The position numbers were made by a program, and so were the translations under genes. A stretch of 64,000 nucleotides of DNA from an uncultured Rikenella sp. (GTDB lineage Bacteria > Bacteroidota > Bacteroidia > Bacteroidales > VadinHA17): assembly GCA_964635655.1 (NCBI GenBank), contig CAZWOC010000016.1, positions 28,120 through 92,119 on the forward strand, in the 5' to 3' direction. Positions 10,948-21,418 of the stretch are shown here, in pieces. The notes beneath the pieces are model-generated. The model was not told the DNA's origin. It did not search any database and saw only the letters and a list, made by a program, of their open reading frames with translations. How positions within the stretch are numbered: position 1 is the stretch's first letter; each line of letters starts with the position of its first letter.

Positions 10948-13900
10948 TGATATTTTTTTCTGCAGTTTTTCTTCCGGCCAGGTAGCTGTAAATTGATGGC
11001 ACGACAAACAGTGTAAGGAATGTGGCGAAAAACATACCGCCGACAACTGTCACACCCATTGTGATGCGGCTTTCTGAGCCTGCACCAGTGGCAAGAACCA
11101 GCGGCATGGTGCCGAGTATTGTTGTAAGACTGGTCATGAGTATCGGGCGGAAACGGGATACTGACGCCTCGCGTACCGCATCCATGACGCTCAGTCCGGC
11201 CTGCTGCCTCTGGTTGGCAAATTCAACTATAAGTATTCCGTTCTTTGCAACCATCCCAATCAGCATTATAAGTCCTATCTCGCTGAAAATGTTGAGTGTC
11301 TGGCCAAAGATTACCATTGTTAAGAGGGCTCCGATGAGTGCGAGGGGTACTGTCACAAGGATAATTACCGGGTCACGGAAGCTCTCGAACTGGGCAGCAA
11401 GCACCAGGTAAATGAGTACCAGTGCAAGAATAAACGCAAACAGAAGGCTCGATGTGCTTTCGACAAAGTCCTGTGAGTCACCTGACAAGGCAGTGCTGAA
11501 GTTTTCGTCCAGTACCTTGTCTGCAATCCTGTCCATCTCCTCGATACCTTCACCCAGAGTATGTTTTCCCTCGAGACCTGCCGAGACTGTCGCAGCCACA
11601 AACCTGTTGTACCTGTAAAGTTGCGGCGGGAGGCTGTTTTCCCGTATTTCCACTATGTTGTCGAGCTGTATCAGCTGGCCTCTGTCATTTCTCACATAGG
11701 TACTTGTAAGATCATAGGGGTCATTTCGTTTCGACTTGTCAAACTGGCTGAAAATCTGGTACTGTTTCCCGTCGAGGATATAATATCCGATTCGTTGTTC
11801 GCTCATTGTAAGCTGCAGAGTCTGGGCTATACTCTGCACGTTGACGCCCATCATCGAGGCCTTCTCCCTGTTGATCATGACGGTGAGCTCAGGTTTTGTA
11901 AATTTCAGGTTCACGTCAGAAGCTGAGAAGTAGGGGCTTTCCGATGCGAGTGCCATGAAATCAGGGATTACCCTTTTCAGGTCATTGAGGTTCTTGGCCT
12001 GGATGACGTATTGCACCGGCAGACCCCCGCGACGCGCACCGAAGGTTTGCTGCTGTGATACTATTGTCTGTGCACCGGTGTATTGTCTCAGGACAGGGGA
12101 GAGGGCTTGAGCTATCTCCTGCTGTGAGCGTTTCCGGTCTTCCTTGTCGACCAGCCTGACCCTCATGTTTGCCGAGTTGACGCTCCCCATGCCAACCATC
12201 ATCATTATGTTGTCACTCTCGGGTACCTGTTCCTTAACCACCGGGGCAATCTGATCCATATATGATGTCATATACTCATATGTCGCCCCTTCGGTCGCCC
12301 TTGCATTGATTGTGACATAGCCGCGGTCCTCCAGAGGAGCCATCTCTGAGGGGAGGAGTGACCACATCCATGCAATAAGCCCCCCGGATACAATAATTAT
12401 TATGAACGCCAGGTACCTTTTTTCCAGGAATTTCGTAATTGCCTTACGGTAGAAATTGATCATGCCGGCAAAGAAGGGTTCAGAGAAACGGTAGAAGCGT
12501 CCTTCCATGGCGTTGTGCTTCAGCACCCTCGACGAGATCATGGGTGTGAGTGAAAGAGCCAGGAATGCCGAGATTCCGACAGCGCCAACTATCACAAGGC
12601 TGAATTCCCTGAAGAGCCTGCCGGTGACGCCCTGCAGAAACACGATGGGCAAGAATACAGATATAAGTGCAATTGTTGTCGCGATGATTGCGAAGTAGAT
12701 TTCCTTAGATCCCTTCAGTGCTGCTTCCATCGGTGTCATGCCGTGTTCCACCTTTGTGTAGATGTTTTCCACAACCACAATGGCGTCATCGACAACGAGA
12801 CCGATTGAAAGGACTATTGCAAAGAGGGTCAGGATGTTGATTGTAAAACCGGCAATATACATCACGAAGAAAGCTCCGATGAGTGCGACGGGTATTGCAA
12901 CCACCGGGATGAGAGTTGTTCTCCAGTTCCGGAGGAAGAGGAAAATTACAAGTACAACGAGCATGAAGGCGATAAATATAGTATTCTTTACCTCCTTGAT
13001 CGACTCTCTGATATAAAGTGTATTGTCAAAAAGCACCTCCATCGTAATATCTTCAGGAAGTTCCTTTTCCAGCTGTTTGAGAAGTATCTGCGCATTGTCA
13101 ACGATATCAATGTAGTTGGCTCCCGGCTGGGGTACAAGTACCACGTTTACAGATGGTTTGCCGTTACTAAGAAGGTGGGAGCGTATGTTTTCGGCATCAA
13201 TCTCTGCAACTCCGATATCGCTGAATTTAACAACCCTGTCGCCGTTTTTTGCAATTATCAGGTCATTGAACTCATCTACAGTACGAAGCCTGCCGAGGGT
13301 TCTGATTGTCAGTTCTGTATTATCGCCTTCGATTCTTCCTGAAGGCAGTTCGACGTTTTCCCTGGTTACTGCGGTTCGTACATCGAGAGGGGTGAGACCG
13401 TATGCTGCCAGCCTGGCCGGATCCATTTTCATCCTTATTGCTAGCTTCTTTGAACCCCAGACTGACACTGCACTTACGCCTGAGATAGTCTGCAGTCTTT
13501 CCTTGAAGTTGAGTTCGGCATACTGGCTGACATCAATTATTGACCTTGTGTCGCTCCTGAGTGTTACTGCGAAGATTGGCTGCGCGTCGGCGTCGGCTTT
13601 CTGAACTACCGGAGGATCAACATCCTGGGGCAGGCGGCGCATTGCTCCGGAAACCTTGTCACGGACGTCGTTCACAGCCGTTTCCATGTCAACTTCCAGT
13701 TTGAACTCAACAGTTATGCGTGATGAACCGTCACTGCTTGAACTTGAAATTGAACGAATCCCCTGAACACTGTTTATTGCCGACTCGAGGGGTTCAGTTA
13801 TCTGGGTCTCCATTACATCTGAGTTGGCACCCGGGAAAGAAGTGGATACAGTCACAACAGCCGGGTCAACGCTCGGGTAATCCCTTACGCCGAGGAAAGT

Positions 13901-13987
13901 GTAACCGATACCTCCCATGATAAGTATTACCAGGGCCATAACGGTTGTGAGTACCGGTCGTTTTATGCTTAATGATGAAAGACTCAT
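10928..13987 (-). CDS. RND efflux pump, inner-membrane transporter (AcrB/HAE1-like)
   Basis: 1019 aa with 12-TM, two-large-loop RND organisation. The N-terminus is typical (SIKRPVLTTVMALVILIMG), and conserved VVDDAIVVVENI and ILIVEFANQ segments are present. Confidence 0.95.
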   Translation of the reverse strand: MSLSSLSIKRPVLTTVMALVILIMGGIGYTFLGVRDYPSVDPAVVTVSTSFPGANSDVMETQITEPLESAINSVQGIRSISSSSSDGSSRITVEFKLEVDMETAVNDVRDKVSGAMRRLPQDVDPPVVQKADADAQPIFAVTLRSDTRSIIDVSQYAELNFKERLQTISGVSAVSVWGSKKLAIRMKMDPARLAAYGLTPLDVRTAVTRENVELPSGRIEGDNTELTIRTLGRLRTVDEFNDLIIAKNGDRVVKFSDIGVAEIDAENIRSHLLSNGKPSVNVVLVPQPGANYIDIVDNAQILLKQLEKELPEDITMEVLFDNTLYIRESIKEVKNTIFIAFMLVVLVIFLFLRNWRTTLIPVVAIPVALIGAFFVMYIAGFTINILTLFAIVLSIGLVVDDAIVVVENIYTKVEHGMTPMEAALKGSKEIYFAIIATTIALISVFLPIVFLQGVTGRLFREFSLVIVGAVGISAFLALSLTPMISSRVLKHNAMEGRFYRFSEPFFAGMINFYRKAITKFLEKRYLAFIIIIVSGGLIAWMWSLLPSEMAPLEDRGYVTINARATEGATYEYMTSYMDQIAPVVKEQVPESDNIMMMVGMGSVNSANMRVRLVDKEDRKRSQQEIAQALSPVLRQYTGAQTIVSQQQTFGARRGGLPVQYVIQAKNLNDLKRVIPDFMALASESPYFSASDVNLKFTKPELTVMINREKASMMGVNVQSIAQTLQLTMSEQRIGYYILDGKQYQIFSQFDKSKRNDPYDLTSTYVRNDRGQLIQLDNIVEIRENSLPPQLYRYNRFVAATVSAGLEGKHTLGEGIEEMDRIADKVLDENFSTALSGDSQDFVESTSSLLFAFILALVLIYLVLAAQFESFRDPVIILVTVPLALIGALLTMVIFGQTLNIFSEIGLIMLIGMVAKNGILIVEFANQRQQAGLSVMDAVREASVSRFRPILMTSLTTILGTMPLVLATGAGSESRITMGVTVVGGMFFATFLTLFVVPSIYSYLAGRKTAEKNINEQPQD

Positions 13988-14026
13988 TGGAATCCGGAGG
14001 TTTTAAGATGGCACAATGTCACCTGT

Positions 14027-15223
14027 TCATTCAGTAATATTTACCCTGACTGCCATGTTCGGCCTGAGTTGCATCAGGCCGGTGGTGAGTACCGTATCGC
14101 CTGCTGAGAGTCCGGAAAGAACCTCGATCATTGAAGCGGTTCTTGCCCCGGTAACCACAGGGACCAGGTCAGCTCTGCCATTGCGCACCACCCAGAGCTT
14201 CTTTTCATTCATTTCAGGAACTATTGCCTCGGTAGGCACCTGGAGGGCGTTAGCCTTCTCGTCAGTGATCAGGGTAAGAGAAGCAAACATCCCGGGCACA
14301 AGCTTTCCGGCACGGTTGTCAAAACGCGCCCTCAGGCCGATTGTACGGGTTGTCTCATCAATTCGGTAGTCGACCGCATAAACAGTTGCAAAGAACTCAT
14401 CAGGATACCCCTCGGTCTCAAAAGATATTTTTTTGTTCATAAGGTCTTCTGAGACATATTTTTCCGATACGGCGAAATCAAGTTTGAGAATAGACTGGTC
14501 AACCAGGTGGGCTATCTTAACCTGCGGAGTGACATAGGTTCCCTCACTGACATACCTGAATCCAATAACACCGTCAAACGGAGCACGGACTTCTGTTTCG
14601 GCAATCCTGACTTTAAGCAGGTTGATGTCAGCAAGGATCACATTATAGTCTGTCTGAAGCTGGTCAAATGCTTCGCGGCTTACTGCGTCCTTTGAAAGGA
14701 GAACCCTCTGACGCTCGAGTTTCTCTGAAAGCATCTTTTCCTGTATCTCTGAACGACGGAGCTGTGCCTGCAGGTCATCATCATAGATCTTGACAAGGAG
14801 GTCACCCTTTTTAACCCTGGTACCCTCTTTGAAGTATACGGCAGTCACTTTTCCTGAAACCTTGCTGACGATATCAACTTCTTCATTTGCAATAAGCGAA
14901 CCGGCTGATCTTATCCCGTTAGTCAGGTATGAAGGTTTTGCGACCTGGCCGGTAACAGGCAGCTGACCCTGTCCACCGGGGCGCTGACCCTGTCCCTGTT
15001 GTCCGCCGGCGTTTTGTGCCGGTCCGTTCATACCGCCTGCGGGCTGACCCTGTCCCTGCTTCCCGCCCTGGCCCTGGCCGGGTGCGGCTGATTGAGCAAC
15101 CGCATCAACACCACTTTTTTTCAGGTCACGGTTACCCCAGAAGCCAAGCCGCGGGCCTGCAAACCAGATAAGTAACACAAGCGGAATGCTGGTCCACAAA
15201 GCTATTCTAGTACCTTTTTTCAT
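14027..15223 (-). CDS. RND efflux periplasmic adaptor (membrane fusion protein) with G/Q-rich low-complexity linker
   Basis: N-terminal anchor, coiled-coil hairpin region and the adaptor motif EVRAPFDGVIG. It sits immediately upstream of the RND pump. Confidence 0.9.
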   Translation of the reverse strand: MKKGTRIALWTSIPLVLLIWFAGPRLGFWGNRDLKKSGVDAVAQSAAPGQGQGGKQGQGQPAGGMNGPAQNAGGQQGQGQRPGGQGQLPVTGQVAKPSYLTNGIRSAGSLIANEEVDIVSKVSGKVTAVYFKEGTRVKKGDLLVKIYDDDLQAQLRRSEIQEKMLSEKLERQRVLLSKDAVSREAFDQLQTDYNVILADINLLKVRIAETEVRAPFDGVIGFRYVSEGTYVTPQVKIAHLVDQSILKLDFAVSEKYVSEDLMNKKISFETEGYPDEFFATVYAVDYRIDETTRTIGLRARFDNRAGKLVPGMFASLTLITDEKANALQVPTEAIVPEMNEKKLWVVRNGRADLVPVVTGARTASMIEVLSGLSAGDTVLTTGLMQLRPNMAVRVNITE

Positions 15224-15254
15224 CTTCAGGAATTGTAATCAATCTATTGACCCG

Positions 15255-15262
15255 CAAAATTA
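15255..15262 (-). promoter_or_regulatory. Candidate -7 promoter element (TAATTTTG on the minus strand) for the efflux operon
   Basis: The reverse complement of caaaatta matches TAnnTTTG, 32 nt upstream of the adaptor start codon at 15223. Confidence 0.45.
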
Positions 15263-15420
15263 GGCGTTTATTCAAGTAATTATGTTAAAGTATATTAAAT
15301 CAAAACAGCGACACTGAAATTAATCCGCTGCAACCGGCTTGAATGCACCTCAATAATCCAGGGTGAATCAAACCTTTGACTATGCCTGGTTACGTAAAAG
15401 AACCCCGGGTTGAAGTCACC

Positions 15421-16854
15421 TCAGTATTTCAGTAAAACCTCTTTTACAAGGCACTCCATATAATCGGTTATTGTCCTTGACGGAACGTTGAAACCGTTGG
15501 CGAATGTTGTGAATGCTATCCTTCTGCCGCCCATGGTTGTAAAATAACCGGCAAATGATTTTGCGCTCGTAATTGTCCCGGTTTTTGCCACAACTCTCCC
15601 TTTAAACAACTGATCCCTGAAATAGTTTTTCATTGTACCGCTCACCGCACCTTCGGGCAGGGATGAGATGAAAGTCCCGGCACAACTGCTGTTGTTCATG
15701 TAGACGAGGAGCCTTACTGTCATCAGCGCGCTTATATTATTGTTTGAAGAGAGACCTGATCCGTCGAGCATCACTGCCTCATACGGTTCACAGCCTATTG
15801 AATCGAGGAATTGCTTTATTACGGCTGATCCTGCGCTGAAAGTCCCCTGCCCGAGCATCTTATAGCCGAGATGTTTCCTCAGTGCCTCGGCATACATGTT
15901 CACACTCTCATGGTTGGTGACCCTGACAATCTCCGCCAGAGCCGGTGACAGGGTTTTGGCCACTTCCTGACCGGCTGACCTGTCAAGCGGTACACGGAAT
16001 GAGGATGGCAGGCCGTCAATTCTTATGCCGGAAGACCTCATTACGCCATCAAGCTTTTTTACCAGTGCGAGGGGAGGGTCGGAAATTGAAGCCCTGAGTG
16101 CAAATGCACTGTCAGCCGGAACACTGCCTGTGATCCATGCCATTTCAGAATAGGGGGCGTTGTACAAATCACCCCTGTCAGTCCGGCCTGACGATACAAG
16201 GTAGTTAGTGAGTGTTATGTCTCTTCCCCAGTCCTGTACTGAATCTATTAAAGCCGGTTCTCCCTCGGCCTTACCGGAAACATAAATATTGTAAGTGTTA
16301 TCATTTATGTTGATGTCGTACACCCCGGCTCCGTAGTACTGGCCGAGATCACCCCATGCCCATCCGGAAGGAGCCGGATCAAAGTCATAAATGGATTCAG
16401 CCGCCGCCACCCGGCCACGTACACGTTTTATTCCTGCCTCGCGGAGCGCTTTTACCCATATCCCGGTTACATCGCCGTAATGATCCGGGAAGTATTCAGA
16501 ACCCAGGGCCGGATCACCTCCGCCGCATATGACTACATCACCGTCGAGAACTCCCCTGCGCGGGTTAAAATTGCCGGACATCCAGAGACTGGTTTCAAAC
16601 CGGTATTCAGGTCCGAGGAATAACAGGGCGGCTGAAGTGGGATACAGTTTCATCACTGATGCTGATGCAAGATTTCTGTCTTCATCATGGCTGTAAATAA
16701 TCTCACCGGTTACAGCATCGGCAAAGCAGATTGACCATGAAGTTCCTGTCAGTGTCGTGTCTGCCAGAATGGAGTCCATGACCTGCTGTTGTCCGCTTAT
16801 GCTTGTTGTCATTACGGCGGACAGAAACAATAAAATAGGTAATCCCGGTTTCAT
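15421..16854 (-). CDS. dacB: D-alanyl-D-alanine carboxypeptidase/endopeptidase (PBP4, peptidase S13)
   Basis: Signal peptide present. SxxK motif SVMK (ASASVMKLYP), DGSGLSSNN (S-x-N region) and KTG motif (AKTGTI). Confidence 0.88.
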   Translation of the reverse strand: MKPGLPILLFLSAVMTTSISGQQQVMDSILADTTLTGTSWSICFADAVTGEIIYSHDEDRNLASASVMKLYPTSAALLFLGPEYRFETSLWMSGNFNPRRGVLDGDVVICGGGDPALGSEYFPDHYGDVTGIWVKALREAGIKRVRGRVAAAESIYDFDPAPSGWAWGDLGQYYGAGVYDININDNTYNIYVSGKAEGEPALIDSVQDWGRDITLTNYLVSSGRTDRGDLYNAPYSEMAWITGSVPADSAFALRASISDPPLALVKKLDGVMRSSGIRIDGLPSSFRVPLDRSAGQEVAKTLSPALAEIVRVTNHESVNMYAEALRKHLGYKMLGQGTFSAGSAVIKQFLDSIGCEPYEAVMLDGSGLSSNNNISALMTVRLLVYMNNSSCAGTFISSLPEGAVSGTMKNYFRDQLFKGRVVAKTGTITSAKSFAGYFTTMGGRRIAFTTFANGFNVPSRTITDYMECLVKEVLLKY

Positions 16855-17879
16855 ATATTTTTATTCTGTTCCAGTGTTGAAAGCAGTCCGCATGCGGCAT
16901 TTATGTCCTGCCCGCGGCTTGCGCGGATTGTGGTCAGGATGCCCTTTGCATTGAGGCTGTCGCGGAAGGCCTCCATTTCGCTCTGACCGGGACTTCTGAA
17001 TTCGGATCCCGGGATGTCATGAAAGCGTATCAGGTTGATCCGGCATCTTATTCCGTTCAGGATACGTGCCAGTTCCCTGACATGTGCAGGAGTGTCATTC
17101 AGGCCCTTGAATACTATATATTCAAATGAGACTCTTCTTTGCCTTCCAAAATCGAATTCCCTGATTGTGTCGAGCACCTCTCTTACAGGGTGTGCCTTCT
17201 GTGCCGGCATAAGTGACTGGCGTTCTGCGTCAAAGGGAGAGTGAAGGCTGACAGCCAGGTGGCATCTGCTCTTTTCGAGGAATTCCTCTATTTTACCTGT
17301 AATTCCTATAGTGCTGACCGTGATGCGTGTAGGGCTCCACCCGAAACCCCATGCCGAGGTCAGAATATCCAGGGTACGGAGAACCTCATCAAGATTGTCA
17401 AGGGGTTCTCCCATTCCCATAAAAACAATATTGGTGAGAGAATCATGTTCCGGGATGCTGCGGAACTGATTCAGGATCTCATTTGAGGTGAGGTTTCCCT
17501 GGAACCCCTGCCGCGCAGTCATGCAGAAGCGACAACCCATGCGGCAGCCCGACTGTACCGAGAGGCATACTGTGGCACGTTCACGGTCTGGTATAAAGGC
17601 TGTTTCAACGAAACGGTTGCCACTTAAATTGAAGAGGTATTTCTTTGTCCCGTCGCTGCCGGCGGCAACTGAAACAGGAGGGGTCAGCCCGGTCTCAAAT
17701 TCGTTTTCCAGAAGCCTGCGTGTGGCGAGGGACAGGTCTGTCATCCCGCTTATTTCAGGAGCACCTCTCCGGTACAGCCACCCGGCAATCTGCTTTGCAG
17801 CATAAGGAGGGAGCGAGAAGGCTTTTACGATATCAGAGAGTTCTCCCAGTGTGCGGCCAAACAATCTTTTCTTTTCCAT
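16851..17879 (-). CDS. rlmN: 23S rRNA/tRNA adenine-C2 methyltransferase, radical SAM
   Basis: CxxxCxxC radical-SAM cluster motif CRMGCRFC, plus GMGEPL and the C-terminal catalytic Cys region (INAACGLL). Its stop overlaps the dacB start by 4 nt. Confidence 0.93.
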   Translation of the reverse strand: MEKKRLFGRTLGELSDIVKAFSLPPYAAKQIAGWLYRRGAPEISGMTDLSLATRRLLENEFETGLTPPVSVAAGSDGTKKYLFNLSGNRFVETAFIPDRERATVCLSVQSGCRMGCRFCMTARQGFQGNLTSNEILNQFRSIPEHDSLTNIVFMGMGEPLDNLDEVLRTLDILTSAWGFGWSPTRITVSTIGITGKIEEFLEKSRCHLAVSLHSPFDAERQSLMPAQKAHPVREVLDTIREFDFGRQRRVSFEYIVFKGLNDTPAHVRELARILNGIRCRINLIRFHDIPGSEFRSPGQSEMEAFRDSLNAKGILTTIRASRGQDINAACGLLSTLEQNKNI

Positions 17880-18697
17880 CAGATACGGTACTCCGGGTTG
17901 TCAAGGTCACTTGCCGGGAGGATTTCTGTCTCTCCGCTGAAGACAAATGTCGCCGGTCCTGTCAGATAAATATCCCTTGCCCCATTTTCCTCAAGGGTGA
18001 ACCGTACTGAGACCCTGCCGCCCCTGGCTGTCACTTCGGTTTCTGATGTGACAATTTTTCCGGTGTATGCTGCCGCAATGGCAGATGCAGTGATTCCGGT
18101 TCCGCAGGCAAGTGTTTCATCCTCTACTCCCCGTTCATAGGTACGGACATTCAGTTTTCCGTCCCTTATGCTTACGAGGTTTACATTCACTCCGTCAGGA
18201 GCATACGTCTGTGACCAGCGCAGTGTTCTTCCGAATGTGACCATGTCGGTTTTGGAATTGTCTTCGGTGAAGACAACAAGGTGGGGGACGCCTGTATTTA
18301 TAAGGATTCCGTCAGGAGCAAAAATCACCTTTTTTACATCCGGAATTGAAACTTCAATAATTCCGTCGCCTGCCGGTCTTGCTGCATGAGGGCCGTCGTC
18401 AGCCAGGAATGTCAGGTTCCGGAAGCCCGTAATATTTCTCATTGCGAAGTGTGACGCACATCTGGCGCCATTTCCGCACATGGCTCCGCGTGAACCGTCT
18501 GAGTTGAAAAAGTTCATCCTGAAATCGTACCCGTCGCACTCTTCTATGAGCATGAGACCATCGGCCCCGATGCCGAAATGACGGTCACACAACTTCCTGA
18601 TAAGCAGAGCGTCAGCATGGTCAATAACTGACGGGCTGTTTTTCAGAATGACGAAATCATTCCCGGCTCCCTCGTATTTGTTAAAGATAATTTTCAT
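17879..18697 (-). CDS. dapF: Diaminopimelate epimerase
   Basis: Two catalytic Cys motifs (MCGNGARC and LACGTG), an N-terminal GAGNDF motif, and a length of 272 aa. Confidence 0.93.
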   Translation of the reverse strand: MKIIFNKYEGAGNDFVILKNSPSVIDHADALLIRKLCDRHFGIGADGLMLIEECDGYDFRMNFFNSDGSRGAMCGNGARCASHFAMRNITGFRNLTFLADDGPHAARPAGDGIIEVSIPDVKKVIFAPDGILINTGVPHLVVFTEDNSKTDMVTFGRTLRWSQTYAPDGVNVNLVSIRDGKLNVRTYERGVEDETLACGTGITASAIAAAYTGKIVTSETEVTARGGRVSVRFTLEENGARDIYLTGPATFVFSGETEILPASDLDNPEYRI

Positions 18698-18862
18698 TCC
18701 GTTAAAGTGAAGTTAATTATCTTAGAATGACCCCTTAAGTTTGTTAAAAATTCGAAAATTTGTAAAACATTTTGACTGTGTCATGGTTGTAAAGATATTA
18801 ATCTTTTGGGCAGGCACGCAATTTGTTGAAACAGTGGAACAGAAAACAGTACAACAATAAAC

Positions 18863-20317
18863 ATGAAAGCTATGAAAGGTAAAGGGTTGATAACTACGTT
18901 GCTGGTTGCACTTTTCGGTGCTCTGGCAGGTCTTTTCATCTACACCAGGTTTCTTGACAGGGATAAACTGGTGACCGGGAGCGACAAGGAGAATAAAATG
19001 ATCGAGGAGAATGCAAGATATACCTCGCTTGTACCGCAGTCGGGTGTTAATGATTTCACCTTTGCAGCTGAACATACTGTTCATGCAGTAGTTCACGTAA
19101 AGACCAAGGCTACAGTCAGTTCCTCGTATTCTAATCCGCTTTATGAATTTTTTTACGGTCCGGGTTCAGCCAAACCGAGGGAGGTCAGAGGCTTTGGGTC
19201 AGGTGTTATAGTGACAGGTGACGGTTACATTGTAACCAACAATCATGTTATTGATGAAGCTGATGAGGTTGAAGTTACACTGAATGACAAGCGTACTTTC
19301 CAGGCTGAGGTTGTGGGGCGTGACCCGAGCACTGATATAGCAGTCCTTAAGATCAAGGCGAAGGACCTGCCCTACATAAGGTTCGGAAACTCTGACGCCA
19401 TCCGTCTTGGAGAATGGGTGCTTGCAGTGGGCAACCCCTTTAACCTTACTTCGACTGTTACAGCAGGCATTGTCAGTGCAAAGGGAAGAAGCCTTGGCCT
19501 GCTCGACAACCAGTACAGGATCGAATCATTCATACAGACCGATGCTGCCCTTAACCAGGGCAACAGCGGCGGTGCTCTTGTGAATGTGCAGGGTGAGCTT
19601 ATAGGCATTACAACTGCAATAATATCTCCCAGCGGGGCATATGCCGGCAACTCTTTTGCAGTTCCGACGTCTATTGTAAGGAAGGTATATGAAGATATAA
19701 AGGAATTCGGAGAGGTACAGCGCGGACTGCTGGGTGTAAACATTACAGATGTGACTGAAGATCTGGCCAGGCAGGAGAATCTCAAGGAGATAAAGGGTGT
19801 CTACCTGTCGGGAGTTGTTGAAGACGGTGCAGCCAGGGCGGCTGGTCTTGCGGAGAAGGATGTAATCATCGCCATCAACGGTGAACCGGTGGAGACAACG
19901 GCAGATTTGCAGGAGAAGGTCAGCCGGTTCAGACCAGGAGACAAGCTTGAGGTAACTTATCTCAGAAAGGGAAAAGAGGATAAAAAGACAGTGGTTCTCC
20001 GCAATATTGAGGGTGGAACCGGCGTTGTAGCTCCCGGGGCAACATCCTCAACAGTGTTCGGTGCCACATTCGCGCCGCTCACTGCAGGCGAAAAAAGTCA
20101 ATATAAAATATCTGGCGGTGTAAGAATCACGTCGATTTCTGATGGCAGGTTCCGTGACCTCGGCATTTCGAGGGGAACAGTCATAATAGACGTGAACGGA
20201 GAAAAAGTTAACAGCGGATCTGATGTCCGCAAGGCAACAAATGATGAGAAAAATCTGACGTCAGTCGAAGGATTTACGCCAGACGGAACATACTTCAAAT
20301 ACCAGACAAGGAGGTAG
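18863..20317 (+). CDS. HtrA/DegQ-family periplasmic serine endoprotease with two PDZ-like regions
   Basis: Trypsin-fold triad context (TNNHVI, DIAVLKI, GNSGGALVN), followed by PDZ-type segments. An N-terminal anchor is present. Confidence 0.9.
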   Translation: MKAMKGKGLITTLLVALFGALAGLFIYTRFLDRDKLVTGSDKENKMIEENARYTSLVPQSGVNDFTFAAEHTVHAVVHVKTKATVSSSYSNPLYEFFYGPGSAKPREVRGFGSGVIVTGDGYIVTNNHVIDEADEVEVTLNDKRTFQAEVVGRDPSTDIAVLKIKAKDLPYIRFGNSDAIRLGEWVLAVGNPFNLTSTVTAGIVSAKGRSLGLLDNQYRIESFIQTDAALNQGNSGGALVNVQGELIGITTAIISPSGAYAGNSFAVPTSIVRKVYEDIKEFGEVQRGLLGVNITDVTEDLARQENLKEIKGVYLSGVVEDGAARAAGLAEKDVIIAINGEPVETTADLQEKVSRFRPGDKLEVTYLRKGKEDKKTVVLRNIEGGTGVVAPGATSSTVFGATFAPLTAGEKSQYKISGGVRITSISDGRFRDLGISRGTVIIDVNGEKVNSGSDVRKATNDEKNLTSVEGFTPDGTYFKYQTRR

Positions 20318-20422
20318 AATTGAGGGGTAAAACTTAAAGGCCGGGAAATCAGGGGATTGTCTTCAGGGACAACCCCCTTCCGGATATACTTAATTTAATT
20401 TGTATTATAACTATTTAAGCAG

Positions 20423-20430
20423 TAACTTTG
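20423..20430 (+). promoter_or_regulatory. Candidate -7 promoter element (TAACTTTG) upstream of rpoD
   Basis: Exact TAnnTTTG match, 29 nt upstream of the rpoD ATG (20459). Confidence 0.5.
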
Positions 20431-20458
20431 CGAAAATTTTTTCGAAGGGGTAAAAAGA

Positions 20459-21319
20459 ATGAGACAACTTAAAATTACCAAATCCATAACCAACCGCGAA
20501 AGTGCGTCGTTGGACAAGTATCTGCAGGAGATTGGTAAAGAAGAGTTGATATCGGTTGAGGAAGAGGTAGAGTTAGCACAGAGGATCAAAAAAGGTGACA
20601 GGGCAGCACTGGAGAAGCTTACAAAAGCAAATCTCAGATTTGTTGTTTCTGTGGCCAAGCAGTATCAGAATCAGGGACTTAGCCTTCCGGACCTCATAAA
20701 TGAGGGTAACCTCGGCCTTATCAAGGCTGCAGAAAAATTTGATGAAACCAGGGGGTTCAAATTCATATCATACGCTGTATGGTGGATCAGACAGTCGATT
20801 CTTCAGGCTCTGGCTGAGCAGTCGAGGATTGTCCGTCTGCCCCTGAACCAGGTTGGGTCACTGAACAAGATAAACAAGGCGTTTGCCAGGTTTGAGCAGG
20901 AGAACGAACGTACTCCTTCACCGGAAGAGCTTGCCGAGGTGTTGGATCTTCCGAAGGAAAAGGTGGCAGACACACTCAAGGTGTCAGGCCGTCATGTGTC
21001 AGTTGATGCTCCGTTTGTGGAGGGTGAGGACAACAGCCTGCTGGATGTGCTTACGAATGTCGATTCGCCCATTGCTGACAAGATGCTTATTGACGAATCG
21101 CTCTCCAAGGAGATTGACCGTGCACTTGCAACACTTACAGAACGGGAAAGGGACATTATACGCTATTTCTTCGGCATCGCATGTCAGGAGATGACGCTTG
21201 AGGAGATCGGTGAAAAATTTGGTCTGACCCGTGAAAGGGTAAGACAGATTAAGGAGAAGGCCATACGCCGGCTGCGTCATACATCGCGCAGCAAACTCCT
21301 GAAAGGATACCTGGGTTAG
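20459..21319 (+). CDS. rpoD: Primary RNA polymerase sigma-70 factor (short Bacteroidetes type lacking region 1.1)
   Basis: Region 2 ([10 protein letters not shown]), region 3, and region 4.2 HTH ([28 protein letters not shown]). The 286-aa length is typical of the Bacteroidetes housekeeping sigma. Confidence 0.93.
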   Translation: MRQLKITKSITNRESASLDKYLQEIGKEELISVEEEVELAQRIKKGDRAALEKLTKANLRFVVSVAKQYQNQGLSLPDLINEGNLGLIKAAEKFDETRGFKFISYAVWWIRQSILQALAEQSRIVRLPLNQVGSLNKINKAFARFEQENERTPSPEELAEVLDLPKEKVADTLKVSGRHVSVDAPFVEGEDNSLLDVLTNVDSPIADKMLIDESLSKEIDRALATLTERERDIIRYFFGIACQEMTLEEIGEKFGLTRERVRQIKEKAIRRLRHTSRSKLLKGYLG

Positions 21320-21348
21320 TATTCTCAGGCACAAGTAAACAGAAGGAA

Positions 21349-21372
21349 GGGGTGCCGCCAGCGCCCCTTTTT
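21349..21372 (+). terminator. Rho-independent terminator after rpoD
   Basis: 7-bp GC-rich stem GGGGTGC/GCGCCCC (one G-T wobble) with a 5-nt loop, followed by TTTTT. Confidence 0.7.
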
Positions 21373-21418
21373 CATTTGTACTATAGTCCAAACAATTTAC
21401 CGGGCAGGATAAAAGCAA

